From Podarcis erhardii (Eukaryota): a DNA stretch of 64,000 bases. The notes beneath the pieces were generated by a model, which was not told where the DNA came from, did no database searches, and saw only the letters and a list, made by a program, of their open reading frames with translations. Location of the stretch: the NCBI GenBank assembly GCA_964252035.1, contig OZ176200.1; one strand, given 5' to 3'. Shown here one piece after another: positions 1-12,699 of this stretch (within the stretch, counting starts at the first letter, position 1; each line of letters opens with the position of its first letter). Position numbers and translations under genes: made by a program.

Positions 1-889
1 AGAGAATTGATTAACAAGAATATGGAATCTGCAAACTAGTAACCTAGTCTTGTGAAGCAGCATGCCCCTTTGGAGAAAGAAATGTGCAAGCTTCTAGTTA
101 CATTTCCCCCCATTCCTCCTTCCCAACTTGGAAGCCAAAACCAATCTCTGTTCTGAGAAAGTCTCTTTTGTGGTTCCACACCTTCCTTGTCTTTCTGACA
201 AACTGAATGTTGCGTTATCTCTGATGAGCATGTCTACCCCTGCTGATGTCTGAGTCAGGCAACATATAGCCACAACTCCAAGCTCCTATCTTAGCAAGCA
301 AGATAAAAAAATGATTTTGTCTGTTACGAATTCCCACAGGCACACAATAGAGGAGCTGGCTGGAGTCACAGAAACCATCCCACACTGTTTGCACAGCCCA
401 CAAACCTTCACTTGGGCTCACAGAGTTTTCCACAAGCATTCCCACAAGCCTCATATGATCATATCTTGCATGACATGAGCATGGAAGGGACAGTGCATTG
501 TTCCAGTTCTGATGGTGGGCAGGTAGGTAGAAACATGATAGCCCTTATAGGGGTGGGAGTGAAGACTAAGGCAAACAGCTGGGGAAGAATGTTCTGGATT
601 TTCAGTAAGGGCAGCCAGCCTTTGTGACATCTACAAGTGTAAGACTCTCCTTCTGGCAAATTAGGCATCCTGAGCAGGAGCAGGATATCTATTTGATATT
701 TTTATTTTTATTTTTGTATGCATATATCACTTTTTCTTCAAAAGAAATCAAAGTGGCCAACAAAATACATATTGAAACAGCCAGATGCAATAAAGCAATA
801 GGCAAAATAACAACAAAACAGCTCAACAAAGCAGGGAAATGGGCATAACAGCATCACAGAGGTAAATAGAAGGTAAATAGCATGGCCCC

Positions 890-1290
890 ATCAACAGCAA
901 CAAGAAAGACAATAAAACTGATAATCTATCAACACCCTTTCCCCCCCCCAAAAAAAACCCTGCCTAGTCTTGGTCAGTTGGAGGCAGGTGGGCTTTTCTA
1001 AGGAGAGCATTCTGTTAAGCTGCCACCTGAACTGAAATGGCCCTGCTTATCGCAGCAACCAACTGTATTTTATTGGGGGGGGGGGCAGAGCAGCACCTCA
1101 TACATTGAATGGATTGAATTGTTGGAGGGACATACCAGAAAAGACAAGCCTTAGCCTACCCAGTTTCCAAGCTGTGGAAGGCTCTACATGTTAAGAACCA
1201 GCACAATAAACTCAGCTAAGGAACAAGTAACCACATAGTCTCCCACTGCCCGGCAAATGCCAGGACTATCACAAAAACCCTTAAGCCACC
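890..1290 (-). mobile_element. Old L2 LINE 3' fragment
   Basis: Degenerate antisense similarity to the L2 ORF2 C-terminus and 3' region; boundaries approximate. Confidence 0.45.
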
Positions 1291-1631
1291 AGGGCTTCTC
1301 ACTTTGTCATGCAGAGTTCTGAATATTCCCCCCTCAAAAAACCTCCTTCCATCTCCAGGCCAAGGAAAGAGAGAAGCAGCAACCTATTTGGGATTCTTAT
1401 TTCCACACTCCTATGAGCTGCTCAGCAGCATCATGCACAATGGGGAGGGTCTGCTCTGTGTCCAAACCTCTTAGGTCCCTACTCAGTTTCTTTGCATTGC
1501 TGCCTCACCTACCATTGCCAGTTTCATTTGGGAACCTGAAGTGTCACTGAGCCATCACCACCTGTGTGGTGTTTCCCATCTGGCTCCTGCTTGGAGAGAA
1601 ATGCAAAGAGATCTGATCCTGCAGCTTGGCG

Positions 1632-1657
1632 CTCTCTCTCTCTCTCTCTCTCTCTCT
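1632..1657. repeat. (CT)n microsatellite
   Basis: Direct inspection. Confidence 0.95.
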
Positions 1658-2198
1658 GGCTTAAAGTGATCTGGACTAAATTCCTAGAGAGGAAGGGGAT
1701 TTGCAGAGACGGGGAGGGGTTCTCTGCCTGGCTTCTCACGTGGATAGAGAAAAGGCTTTGATTTCTCTCATGAGCTAAATTGGTGCCACCTTCTGAAATC
1801 TGATGCGAGTCTCCCCATTTTGTGCATCTGGGTGAAGAGAAGTCCCAGGACAGCTGGGAGGGGGATGCTTGGCAGGGGTGTCTGTACAACTGATCCATCC
1901 AGGATTCATCACCACACCAGGATGTTGAAGTCGCTTACACATTCCTAAGTTTGAAACACTAAAAAAGGGAAAGTTTATGTATCACTGATCTCAAAAGTCT
2001 CTATGTCCCTGGGCCCCCAAATAAACATTGGTAAACCCCACATCAAACACCTACACAATCACAACAATAAGGGTTTTTCAAAGTTATCATGCTTCCTAAA
2101 AACTCATAAATGCATGGTGCATAAAATATCCCAATTTTCATCTGAGGACAATTGGAGGGTATGTAACCAGTGCAGACTGAATAACACTGAATGAATAT

Positions 2199-2306
2199 GT
2201 TGCTATACATCCGGAATTTCCCAGACATAGCCAGGATTCGGCCATCAGAAATAGTGTCCGGGCAGAAATTGCTGAAATGTTCAGGAAAATCTGGATGTAT
2301 GGCAAC
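2199..2306. mobile_element. Short hAT-like MITE
   Basis: Terminal inverted repeat GTTGCTATACATCCGGA / TCTGGATGTATGGCAAC (2 mismatches). Confidence 0.6.
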
Positions 2307-2329
2307 CCATTTCAGAAGTGTAGATTTTG

Positions 2330-2410
2330 ACCTTCGCTCTAGTCAAAGTTTCAAGGCATTTTAAGGGTAGCCCCATGAGAATTCATTGCAGTAGCCCAGC
2401 CTGGAGATTA
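2330..2410 (-). mobile_element. L2 fragment
   Basis: Antisense match to the L2 RT C-terminal motif seen at 56500-56560 (LDYCNALYVGLPLK-like). Confidence 0.45.
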
Positions 2411-3460
2411 TTTAAACAGGAATGAAAAAAATGCTACAAAAGCCTGCCCAGAGACTTAAGTGCCTCTTTACAACAGACAAAAGAAGGATGTGATTCGTAA
2501 GATCAGGAAATGAACGCGATCTAATCAGGAAATTTCCCCTTAAATATTTGACAACAAGATACTAAAGCCAACTTTTGAAGTCAAACTCTGGCCAAGTTCT
2601 GGTAATGGACTTCTGTGTGATCAAAGGCTTGGGGACTGGGAACCCTCAAAGGTTCAAAATAATGGCTGGATGACCCTCAAATCGTGGCATGAACTGAAAA
2701 AGCATAGCATAACTAATTTTTTGGTCTTCAGGACAGTTCTTTTATTCATTCAACTAGAAAGCAAACTTGTGGACCAAAAGCACAGGTCATGCTAACATAG
2801 GAGCCTGTCAAAAAGATCACCTGAACAAATTCAGATCAGCAGGCCAGAACCTGTGGAATCCTAAAGGAGATAGTGGGTTGTATCTAATGCTGTTCTTCTA
2901 CTTGATCCAGGGAAGGCTCTTCTGAAAGGAAAGAAGAAGGGGTTGTTGGGGGGGGCGTGTTTTAATTTAGATTTAGAAAATTTCCCCTTCCCTCTGCAAC
3001 TCCAAAAATCTGTTCCAGGGAGTTAGGGGCCCTCCACAACAATGTGGGTGGTAGTGAAGGGAGCTGCAAGAGAAAGAGGGAATTTGTGGAAATGGACTCC
3101 TGCCTCCTCCCATTATTTGGCTTTTCTGGGCCAAATAGGCTTCTGTGAAGAAAAGGACAGCATTGGGAAAAGCTAGCCAGTCCAAGATTTGCCCAACTAA
3201 CTGCTATATTTGAGAATTAATGGAAAGCTTGTCAGGTCCCATAAGGCTGGAGAAGAACAATTCCACTGCCTAGGGATTTGAAAGAAAACCATGAGAACTA
3301 AATTTTGTGGGAGGCGGTACGGCAGTTTTGAAGTAGCTCAGACATATATGAGGAGTGGCTGAAATGTTCCCAGCCTTAACAGAATGGAGTAACAGAATAG
3401 TTCCACTTGTTAAGCAATGGAGAGAAATAAGGTGTGCCTGTCTTCTGAGGATCTCTTTTG

Positions 3461-4647
3461 TTGTTGTTGTTTTTTGTTATAATATTTATTTTGGTTTTAT
3501 GTAATAAAACAGATATTACAGTCCAACAAAACAACAGAGAAATAGAATAAAAAACAACATAATCCAACAGAGATAAAAAACACAATATAAAAACATATAA
3601 CAGAAAAAGTAAAAAAGAACAGAAATTGAAGAAAAATTAGTTTTTTGAATTCTTATCTTTATAACCCTCTTTCCTGACTTCCTCACGTCTCCCTTTCCTG
3701 CATTCCCCTTTACTCAATCAAATTTAGCAGCTCCTTACCCTCTTTCAAATCTTAATCAATATTATACATTCCAACCTATTATGTCTTCTATTTTCCCTTT
3801 CTTTTTAAATACATTCTTGCATATTCTTTATAACTTAATCCCTTATATCCTTTGTTTAGTTTCGACATAATTTTACTCTGGTCTTACCCTTTTTTCTTAA
3901 AACATTTTTGCATATTTCTTTTTACTATGTCACTGATGCCATATTATCTTTATATCCAACATCATTTTAACATTCAAACATTTTACAATGTTTTTGGAGA
4001 TATTCTTTGAACTTCTTCCAGTCCTCTTCTACCGACTCTTCTCCCAGGTCTCGGATTCTGCCAGTCATTTCTGCCAATTCCATATAGTCTATCACTTGCA
4101 TCTGCCATTCTTCCAGAGTGGGCAAATCTTGTGTCTTCCAATACTTTGCGATGAGTATTCTTGCTGCGGTTGTTGCATACATAAAGAGTGTTCTATCTTT
4201 CTTTGGCACCAATTGGCCGACAATGCCCAAAAGGAAGGCCTCTGGTTTCTTAGGAAAGGTATATTTAAATACCTTTTTTAGTTCATTATAGATCATTTCC
4301 CAGAAAGCCTTAACCTTTGGGCATGTCCACCAAAGGTGAAAGAATGTTCCCTCAGTTTCTTTACATTTCCAGCACTTGTTATCAGGCAGGTGATAAATTT
4401 TTGCAAGCTTGACTGGGGTCATGTACCACCTATAGATCATTTTCATAATATTTTCTCTTAAGGCATTACATGCCGTAAACTTCATATTGGTGGTCCACAA
4501 CTTTTTCCAGTCAGCAAACATAATGTTATGACCAATGTCCTGTGCCCATTTAATCATAGCTGATTTAACTGTTTCATCCTGAGTATTCCATTTTAACAGC
4601 AAGTTGTACATTCTCGAAAGTATCTTAGTTTTAGGTTCTAACAATTC
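3461..4647 (-). mobile_element. 5'-truncated L1 LINE with 16-bp target-site duplication
   Basis: TSD CTGAGGATCTCTTTTG at 3445-3460 and 4648-4663; T-rich (antisense poly-A) end at 3461; encodes an ORF2 C-terminus. Confidence 0.92.
3967..4644 (-). pseudogene. L1 ORF2 C-terminal part (cysteine-rich zinc-knuckle region), 5'-truncated
   Basis: 225-aa open frame with CWKCKETEGTFFHLWWTC motif typical of L1 ORF2; no RT or endonuclease domain present. Confidence 0.9.
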
Positions 4648-4743
4648 CTGAGGATCTCTTTTGAACTCCTACGCTTCAGCTAATATGCAGGAAATGGTCA
4701 CACAGATGTGCCCTTCAAGACCAATCCACAGCCTATACCAGCC

Positions 4744-4870
4744 TTCTCCAACCTGGAGCTCTCCAGATGCTTTGCATTACAATTCCCAAATCCCTAACCA
4801 TTGTTCATGCTGGCCAGGGCTGATGGAAGTTATATCCTCAAACATCTGGAGGAAACTATGTTGGAGAAGG
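4744..4870. mobile_element. hAT-like MITE (CTCCAGATG...CATCTGGAG family)
   Basis: Inverted CTCCAGATG/CATCTGGAG with ACAATTCCCA core; related copies at about 8490-8615, 19320-19450, 30360-30465, 30812-30910, 38990-39125 and 50284-50720. Confidence 0.65.
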
Positions 4871-6452
4871 TTTGTTTCTCTCGTCAACAAAGTTTGTAAT
4901 AAAAGCAGTGACCATTCCAGCACATCATTCCAGAGAACATTTGGCAGGTGGTCCCTCCCCCCCCCCCCTTTGGTCTAATAGCCTTGAGCTTGATTTGTGT
5001 GAGAGCAAAAGACTTCATGGCCAATTTCCCATCCCTTGAACAAGCAGTGTGGAGGCTTATCCCAGCAATTTTGGTAACAACGCAGAGATAAAAATGAAAG
5101 AGAAAACTTCTATTATTTTGAGTTTTGAGCATCTATGCAGGTTTTAGCTGCCCAAAATCACCAGTTATGCATGCAGAACAAATCAGAAAGCAATCACTGT
5201 TTGTGATCCAATTGTTTTGTTTATTGAGATTTTACTGATTTTTACTGATCCACAGTCTGTCCATCTCCCATTAGACATAGATCTGCCCTATATTTTGGAA
5301 ATTCCCAATTCCCAAAGCTTCTACCATGTCTTCCCTTCATCCCATCCACCCATAAACTGATCGCCTTCCTTGCCTTGCTTTATCCCTATACATGTAAGCT
5401 TCCAAGCAAGAAGCTAATCAGGGGAGTGGATGGGGTTAACTAGGACAGAACTAGAAGGCAGAACAAAAAGGGAAGGCACAATGATAAAAAGAAAATGAAT
5501 GAAATGAAGAAAGCTGCTACTGAATTTCCATCTCATAGGTATGATTAGAACCCAGGTTCCTGCAATGTGCCTTTATAGAAAACACCTTCATTTTCACATC
5601 AGTCTACATAGAAATCAAGGAATCCTTGCCAAATTGCTAGAAATTTGCCCTCCTTTTGTAATCTAATGTAATAGATTTTTTCATGTGCCACCAAAGCCAA
5701 CATGTCCCAAATCCAATTATTTACTGATTGGATTTGGGTTGCTGTCCAATTCTGTAATGTGATACATTTAGCAATTAATGTGGCTTAGTTAAGCCACAGC
5801 TTAGATTCTGGCTACAGGTTCCAATAGTTTGAAGGTGCCATGCCATAGCATGCATATCTCCTACTCTAAGGAAAGCTTCTAAGTCATGTTGATTGACCCT
5901 TGTCAGAACCTCTTTCTGAGAGCATCTCCAGAACAGTGGCCTATTTGTGGGAGACCACACTTCCAGCAATGTGTTCTAAGGAGACCCCTATATACTGGAA
6001 GAGGATCCAAGCCCAGTATGTTCTCTAGAATATTTTCTACTGAATCAGTCTTAGCCTATTGTCTGAAGTAGAAGTTTGTCCATTTTCAAAGTGGCCTCCA
6101 CTGCACTGGATTCAGTTTTGTATCTAAGCATTCTTTATTTCATTTGGTTCTCAGGTTGAGGACCGTAGCAACACATACTGAACCATACACAGATATAGCA
6201 TACATAAACACACACATAGATTTAGGCCTGGGTCTTCTGAATGGCCTATTACCCAGAACACGCAAGGTATCTGAAAACAGGTAGTATGGAGCACATATCT
6301 AGTCCATTCACATAATGCCACTCTCCAGCCTATTTTCACCATAAAAGCCCAACTTTTAAAGACATTATAATCCAACAGAAGTCATCAAAGCAGTTTATAC
6401 TTTCCCTGAATTCTGTGGAAATCAGATTCTAGAAAACTACAAGGTGCTCTCA

Positions 6453-6457
<5 letters not shown>

Positions 6458-6487
<30 letters not shown>
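6458..6487. repeat. (GA)n microsatellite
   Basis: Direct inspection. Confidence 0.95.
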
Positions 6488-6490
<3 letters not shown>

Positions 6491-7179
6491 GGTGAATATC
6501 TTCAAAGCGATACTTTGAAGGTATTCATACCAGTATCTCTATAAGTCAAGACTATTAGAAAATCTCCTATATTTCTGTTTCTTCTTAGAATGGCTCCCTG
6601 GTGCATACTGCGACCTGTTTTGGTAGCTACCTTACAAACTGCTTTACAGAGGCCTTTGTCAATTACAGAGTTAGATGGATGTCTGATGAAGCCATCTGAG
6701 TAGCTACTTCACTGGATGCAGCTTTGTGACAGAGATAGAGATATATTGATATGGCACTTAGAGTGGCAGTAGTTGCGGGGATCTCCAATTTCCACTTTTT
6801 CAGCCTCTTCAGCACATAAAATGTTTTAGGTACAAACAAACAAAATGCAATATGTGAAGCAGAAATGGATCCTTATGGAGGATTCAAAATTATTGACACA
6901 GTTATGTGAGTAAAACAAGCCAGCTATGTAGAGATACAAGCTAACAATTATTAATAGTCGATTTTATTGCATTAGCCCTGTGGCCATAGCATAATATACA
7001 TAGAAATAACAACATAAAATGGGGGTGGGGAGATAAAAGTGGATGTCGTCCTGGGCGAATACTTTGAAAAAATGGGGATAACAATTATCAAGCTAACAAT
7101 TAATGAGGTCATAAAGTTTGATTAGCTTTGACTTTGTCTTTTTATGTTTTCTGTGTTTGATGTTAATTATTTGTTAACT

Positions 7180-7380
7180 GTGCCCTCCTATACATGTCTA
7201 CTCAGACATAAGCATCAATCAGTTTAATGGGGCTTACTCCCAGATAAATGAGTACAGAATTTTAGCCTGAATCTTCATATTATTGCCACTCTCAGTCCAA
7301 CCCTATGCATGTTTACTCAGAAGTAATTTCCACTGCATCCAACAGAACATGCTCCCAAGTATGCTTTGGACTGCAGCCTA
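7180..7380. repeat. Two adjacent copies of a short palindromic squamate repeat (CTATACATGTCTACTCAGA...GGGGCTTACTCCCAG)
   Basis: The two units resemble each other and a further copy near 16875-16915. Confidence 0.5.
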
Positions 7381-7444
7381 AACATGTCAGTGATTAAGAT
7401 AATTACTTGGAAACATGCCTATGATTAAGATAATTTCTCTGTAA

Positions 7445-7556
7445 CATCTGAATCAGGAGAGGCTATACAAGTCTTGGACCAATGCCTGGACTTGGTGGTG
7501 GGCTGGATGAGGACCAAAAAAACTGAATCTGAATTTTGCAAGATAGAGGTGCTGTA
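7445..7556 (+). mobile_element. Old L2 RT fragment
   Basis: Degenerate match to the 56160-56270 segment of the young L2. Confidence 0.55.
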
Positions 7557-8489
7557 GGTGAGTGGTAGGGATTGGGAAGAAATTCAATTCAGTTCACATT
7601 TAAAGGCAAACATACATAATTCAAAACAATATGTGAACCAAAACACAGCTATTCTTCCAAATTCACACTTCTCCGAATCTTGCAATGCAGTTCTCCAGCT
7701 AAGTAATTTATGTAAAAATGGACGTACGAGGCTAACGTGTACTCCAAAAGGCATATATTTGTGAAAATAACATCCAAAATGTACTGGGGAGAATAGCTCT
7801 GTAAAAATGTTTATATGGGGAAATTGCATTAAAAAAAACTAGTGTGTTAGGAGAAATTCACACTAAATTCACACATGAGGACTTGAAAACAATTACAAAG
7901 TGATGTGGAAATGTGGATAAATGAACATAAATTCAGTGGGGAAAAGAGGAACTGAGAGTAACCAAAACTTTTAGACTGATGCATTCCTAGAGAGCGGTCC
8001 TCGAATCTGGATGATTGAACAATTGTCAGCTTTGAATGGGATCATACTTCCTCTGGGATTGCCCCAGATCCATCTTAAGATACAAAAGCCCTGGTAACCT
8101 CGGTGACTGCATGTGCATCTTACCAGCTTCCCCTGGCAGGAGAGTTACATAAGTTTTCTCACTCCTTATTTTCCTCACTGATCACCACGCTCTGCAGAAG
8201 AGGGCCTTGTGCAGATGCCATCACATCAGAAGGATTGTAGAAATGGTCAGAGGCAGATTTGGGGGGGCTGAGCCTCAGGGGTGCCACAGGGGGCCCTGCA
8301 GCTATGATATAGAATGGAAGCTGAGAGTTGGGAGGCACCAAATTTTGGCATCACACAGGGAGTCACTGAAATTTGAGACCCCAAAGTCTGCCACTGAATC
8401 GAGCATTAAGTGTGATGGCGCCTGCCTTTTGGAACTCCCTCCTGCTATATATTGAGTCCCAAACTTTACACAGTGCCTAAAACTGGGGA

Positions 8490-8615
8490 TGGTCTGCAGC
8501 CCTCCAGATGTTTCTGAACTACGACTCCTATCATCCCTGACTATTGCCCCTGCTGGTGGAAAGTGATGCCGGTTTGGAGTCCAACAACATCTGGAGGACC
8601 ACAGGCTAGCCACTT
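8490..8615. mobile_element. hAT-like MITE copy
   Basis: CCCTCCAGATG ... CATCTGGAGG inverted ends with ACTACGACTCC core. Confidence 0.7.
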
Positions 8616-8635
8616 GTGGCCCTGAAAGTAGTGCT

Positions 8636-9068
8636 AGGGATGGAAAGAGCTGTCAACTTCAGTTATCTCAGTTTCACATTTTCCCAAATTTCTGAAATTT
8701 AGTGCTCCGTATTTCTACATCAATTTGTGACTAAAATAAAATACAAATCTTCATGAAAATTCATCAGCATTTTAGCGCAAATTTCTTCTAGTAAACACAT
8801 TTTTTGTATGCGATTTTGACTTATGTACACATTTTAGCAAGCAATTTCCCCTCATGTAATGCATTCTTTGCAAGTTATTTTAACTGATATATTCATTTTT
8901 TATGCACAGTTGCCCCCCAATATATGCATTTTTGAAGCTGCACCCCAAAATTTGGATGATTGTGAATTCTGATGGACAGTTGTTTCAGCTCACTTACTGT
9001 TTAGGAAAGTGTGGATTTGGTAAATTCACCCTTAAATGCAAACCAAATCAAAGTTCTCTCACATCCCT
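8636..9068. mobile_element. Non-autonomous DNA-transposon-like element with TAGGGATG/CATCCCTA ends
   Basis: Inverted termini at 8635-8642 and 9062-9069; related copies at about 7563-7975 (opposite orientation) and 46610-46975. Confidence 0.55.
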
Positions 9069-10236
9069 ACAAGAGTGGAATGGTGCTCCATAGCTGGGGC
9101 TCAGTTGCTTAGACTAGTGAGTAGCTCTGACCTGGAAGCTTGTGCAGGGAACACACCACCACCTGGTCTGTTCTAGCATTCTTGGCTGGTTTCTCTGCAG
9201 ACCTGGGAGGTGCTGCACAGTCTGAGTTTGTACATGCAGTCCCTCGGGTCTTCAGTTCAGCACCCAGTGCGAGCTTTAGTATTGACATATATGCAAGCAG
9301 AGGCTTCCTATTTTGTTGTCAAAAAGGCAAGTGTTCCATGAGCAGATGGGTATTCTCCTCTCTGCACGCGGAGCATTTCTCCCAGCTCACAGAGGAGTAA
9401 GGGGGAGATATGGGTCATCTCAGGGAAAAGCTCTGTTCTTTTGATGTTTATTTAAAAAGCAGACTGTACTGACAGAAAGTGCTTATGTCAGAACATTGGA
9501 GAGCTGTTAGCAGCTGGTGTTGATGACAACACTGTATGAGTATCGAGACAGATTCATTTTGGGTCTGTGGAATAAATTGATAAATGAGTCCTGAACAGAA
9601 GCAGCATTCTGTTTGGAGGATGCTTATAATGACAGGCCTGGGAAACAGTGTCCTAGTAGTTATCCCATCCTCAACAGAGGTTGAAGAGCTATCGTACTAC
9701 AGCTTTACTGCAAATCTCAGTGTGCTTCCACAAGGTGCTTATTCTGGAATGACCATTCTTTGATCATTCCTTTTTTAAAAAAAAAAAATCAAGGTGACAT
9801 TATCCTCAAATCATGGTGTTTCCCCCCAGAGTTCTTCCATCTCTTTTGAGATCTAATAAAATCTTCCTTGGGTGGGGGGTGGGGGGAGGAATCAAACAGA
9901 AGCACACAATAACCAGAGGCGTATATTTTCATTACACATATTTCCATTGTTGCAGCATTGTTTCTTTAAAAAAATAAATATTTTCATTTATGCTATACCA
10001 CTTTTTTCAAATACAGTTTTTATATTTTAGATACTCTGCTGCTGATTTGCTTCTCCTTTATTTGTTATGCTGTCGCTATTACAAGAATCTGCATTTTATT
10101 ATGTAATTCTTCTCTTATATTTATATAACTGTTTGATTTTTATGTTCCACAGATATTAGGTTATGTAATGACATTTGTGCTGCATGTTGTAAACAACTCT
10201 GTGGTCTTCCAATGAGTGTTATATAAATGTCAATAG

Positions 10237-10306
10237 TAATAATAATGATAATAATGATGATGATGATGATGATGATGATAATAATAATAATAATAATAAT
10301 AATAAT
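10237..10306. repeat. Compound (AAT)n/(GAT)n microsatellite
   Basis: Direct inspection; source of the poly-Ile stretch in the ORF track. Confidence 0.95.
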
Positions 10307-10853
10307 GCTATAGCAGTTAAATAAAACAAAACATTTTAGCACAAATTTAAAATCTGATTTATTTATTTATTTATTTTAAAAATTACTAAAATATAATGCA
10401 TAGGTGCATTTTCACTAGGTCATGGCCACTAGAATAGCAGGATCCACATTCCACCATTGGCAACACTGAGCAGGCCACATGCCAGGGGTAGATGGGACCA
10501 TATGCATACATGGGCAGGACCATCAGCAAAGGGGAGGGGAGTAATGGATGTGGCTCTCATCTTTGTACAGTAGGCTACATTCCAGACTACATTCCAGTCC
10601 TGTGAAAATAATAAGTTTCTATACACAGTTCTCTTCATCCAAAGAAGCAAAAGGCATTATCTCACTTCAAGGACACATTCTTACTTGGCAGAAGTCCTCA
10701 AGGAATGTGCAGAGCTGACCTGGGGATAAGTTGTGACCTAGGGAAAGTCCCAAGGGACAGATAGAGGTGACTACCTGAGGCACCCCTACCCTGCTGAAAC
10801 TCCAGCTATCTCCTTGCCCTATACTTTTGCTGCCCCAAATCTCCAATACTTTG

Positions 10854-12000
10854 GGTTTTTTAAAAACATAATTTTTATTAGCAGGCCAATCCAATCACAT
10901 TATTTCCAAATCATAATTCTAAATTATACAGCCAAATTTTTAAATTTATTGGGGGTACCCATACATCAAGCTCTGAACGAGGATCAAAACATCACTTCTG
11001 TTCCTGCTTTTATCAAACAGTTCTATCCAGAACTGTCCAGATAGTCTCTTTATTACTTTCTTCGTCTTCTTGTTGTTATCATATATTCCTTTCTTTGCGA
11101 TCTCTGATAGTCTTCACAAGCAGTTTAGAAACAAACAACATCTGCGTGGGTTTTGCACAGTCCAAAAGTCATATCTCATAAGGACAGCCGCCATTCCTCC
11201 CCTTCTTCAAAAATTTATCCCCGGTCTGTCCTATTAATTTTCCCAAGCTTGCCACGTATTTCACAAAGGGGCTCTGCCAGGTTATCACATTTCAATCCAT
11301 CATTCACATTCCAATGACCCTGGTCCTCCTCCCCTCGCTTTTCTTCGACAAGCCTGTCTTATCAAGACGCCATTAAAAACTGTGTCATAGAATTTTTCCT
11401 CCGCTCTCCAATATTTACCAGTCCTCTCTTCAATCAATAATTCACTCCACACAGCTCTTAAATTCTTGCTTGCGATTAGTAAAAGGCAACGATTCGTCTC
11501 TTTGGGGTGGAAGTTTATAAATACTCACATAGGCAAAGAAAATAAAAGTTTTTTCCTCCCCCCCCCTCTTTTTTCGCTCCGCATGTACCAGTCTCGTAAT
11601 GGTGGTTCATCGCTTGATTTATTTGTCTCCTCCCGTCGCTCCAATCACAGAGATGCATTAATCAGCAGCCTTATCTCTCAAACTTTGTTTGATGTATGTG
11701 CTCCAGCTTCTTTTCCAATTATATATTTCCAATTATTTTTCCGAGCTGAAGCAAACCAGGGCGCTGATTGGAGATGGCTTCAGGAAGAGCCGACTTCACA
11801 GAGGGCTTGTGCCAAGTGATCCTCACCCCCGTCTTTCGAATCGGAGGATGCATTGTGACCACCGCTGGCAAGGCAGCCCCCCCCCCCATATCCTTGGGGG
11901 GGTAGGAAGACTGCATACTTCCCATAGCAGCCTCTTAATTACCTCGTGTGGGTCGGAGAGATGTTATTGTCGGCCATCTTCCAATGCGCCACCTGGTGGC
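10854..12000 (-). mobile_element. 1147-bp non-autonomous L1-type retroelement with apparently intact 5' end
   Basis: 21-bp TSD CCCCAAATCTCCAATACTTTG at 10833-10853 and 12001-12021; minus-strand AATAAA at 10874-10879 plus a short A tail; AAGATGGCCG at 11980-11971 near the 5' end; no recognisable ORF. Confidence 0.75.
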
Positions 12001-12001
12001 C
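11985..12001 (-). promoter_or_regulatory. CTCF core motif GGCCACCAGGTGGCGCA
   Basis: Close match to the vertebrate CTCF consensus CCACYAGRKGGCRC; binding not demonstrated. Confidence 0.55.
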
Positions 12002-12392
12002 CCCAAATCTCCAATACTTTGTAAGCAAAATCCTTTAACCAAGTGATTTTGAAGCAGATAATAGCTGTTGCAAACCCAGATCCCTCTGAGAAGGTGAGGA
12101 GGAAATCCCAATGTCCTAAGTGTGGGGGTGCTGAGCTCAGCAGCCCACAGCTAAGGCATCTGAAGTATAAGAAAAACCATTTCCTGGGCAATGGGGTAGC
12201 AACACAAGCCTTAAAGGGATTCCCTGCATTAATAGAAACCAGCATACTGGTTTGTGCAACAAAGGATTTTCATACCCTCCAACATTTCTCCAATGAAAAT
12301 AGGAATGTCCCATTCCACAATGATAATTTTACTATTTATACCCCACACATCTTACTGGGTTGCCCTAGCCAATCTGGGCAGCTTCCAACATA

Positions 12393-12642
12393 CAGCCGTA
12401 CCTTGGGAGTTGAACAGAATCTGTTCTGGAGGTCTGTTGGACTTCCAAAACATTCAGAAACCAAGATGCAGCTTCTGATGGGCTGCAGGAAGCTCCTGCA
12501 GCCCATCAGAAGCCGCGGAAGTGCCATTGGACATTCAGGTTCCAAAGAATGTCCACAAACCATAACACTCATTTCTGGGTTTGTGGCGTTCTGGAGCCAA
12601 AACATTCGTCTTGCAAGACGCTCGGGATCCAAGGTGCAACTG
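12393..12642. mobile_element. Tigger/pogo-type MITE inserted into an L2 3' end
   Basis: TA at 12391-92 and 12643-44; imperfect TIR CAGCCGTACCTTGG/CCAAGGTGCAACTG; L2 tail sequence continues on both sides (12355-12390, 12645-12680). Confidence 0.75.
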
Positions 12643-12699
12643 TATATAAAAACATAATAAAACATTAAACTTTAAACAACAACAACAACCCTTCCCTAT

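Noticed and set aside
2830-2922. Very strong minus-strand acceptor CTTCTTCTTTCCTTTCAG
   Set aside because: All three frames stop within about 60 nt and there is no linked upstream exon evidence; could be a chance pyrimidine tract.
12043-12665. 204-aa and 109-aa ORFs
   Set aside because: They cross unrelated repeats (hAT piece, L2 tail, palindromic MITE), so they are not coherent genes.
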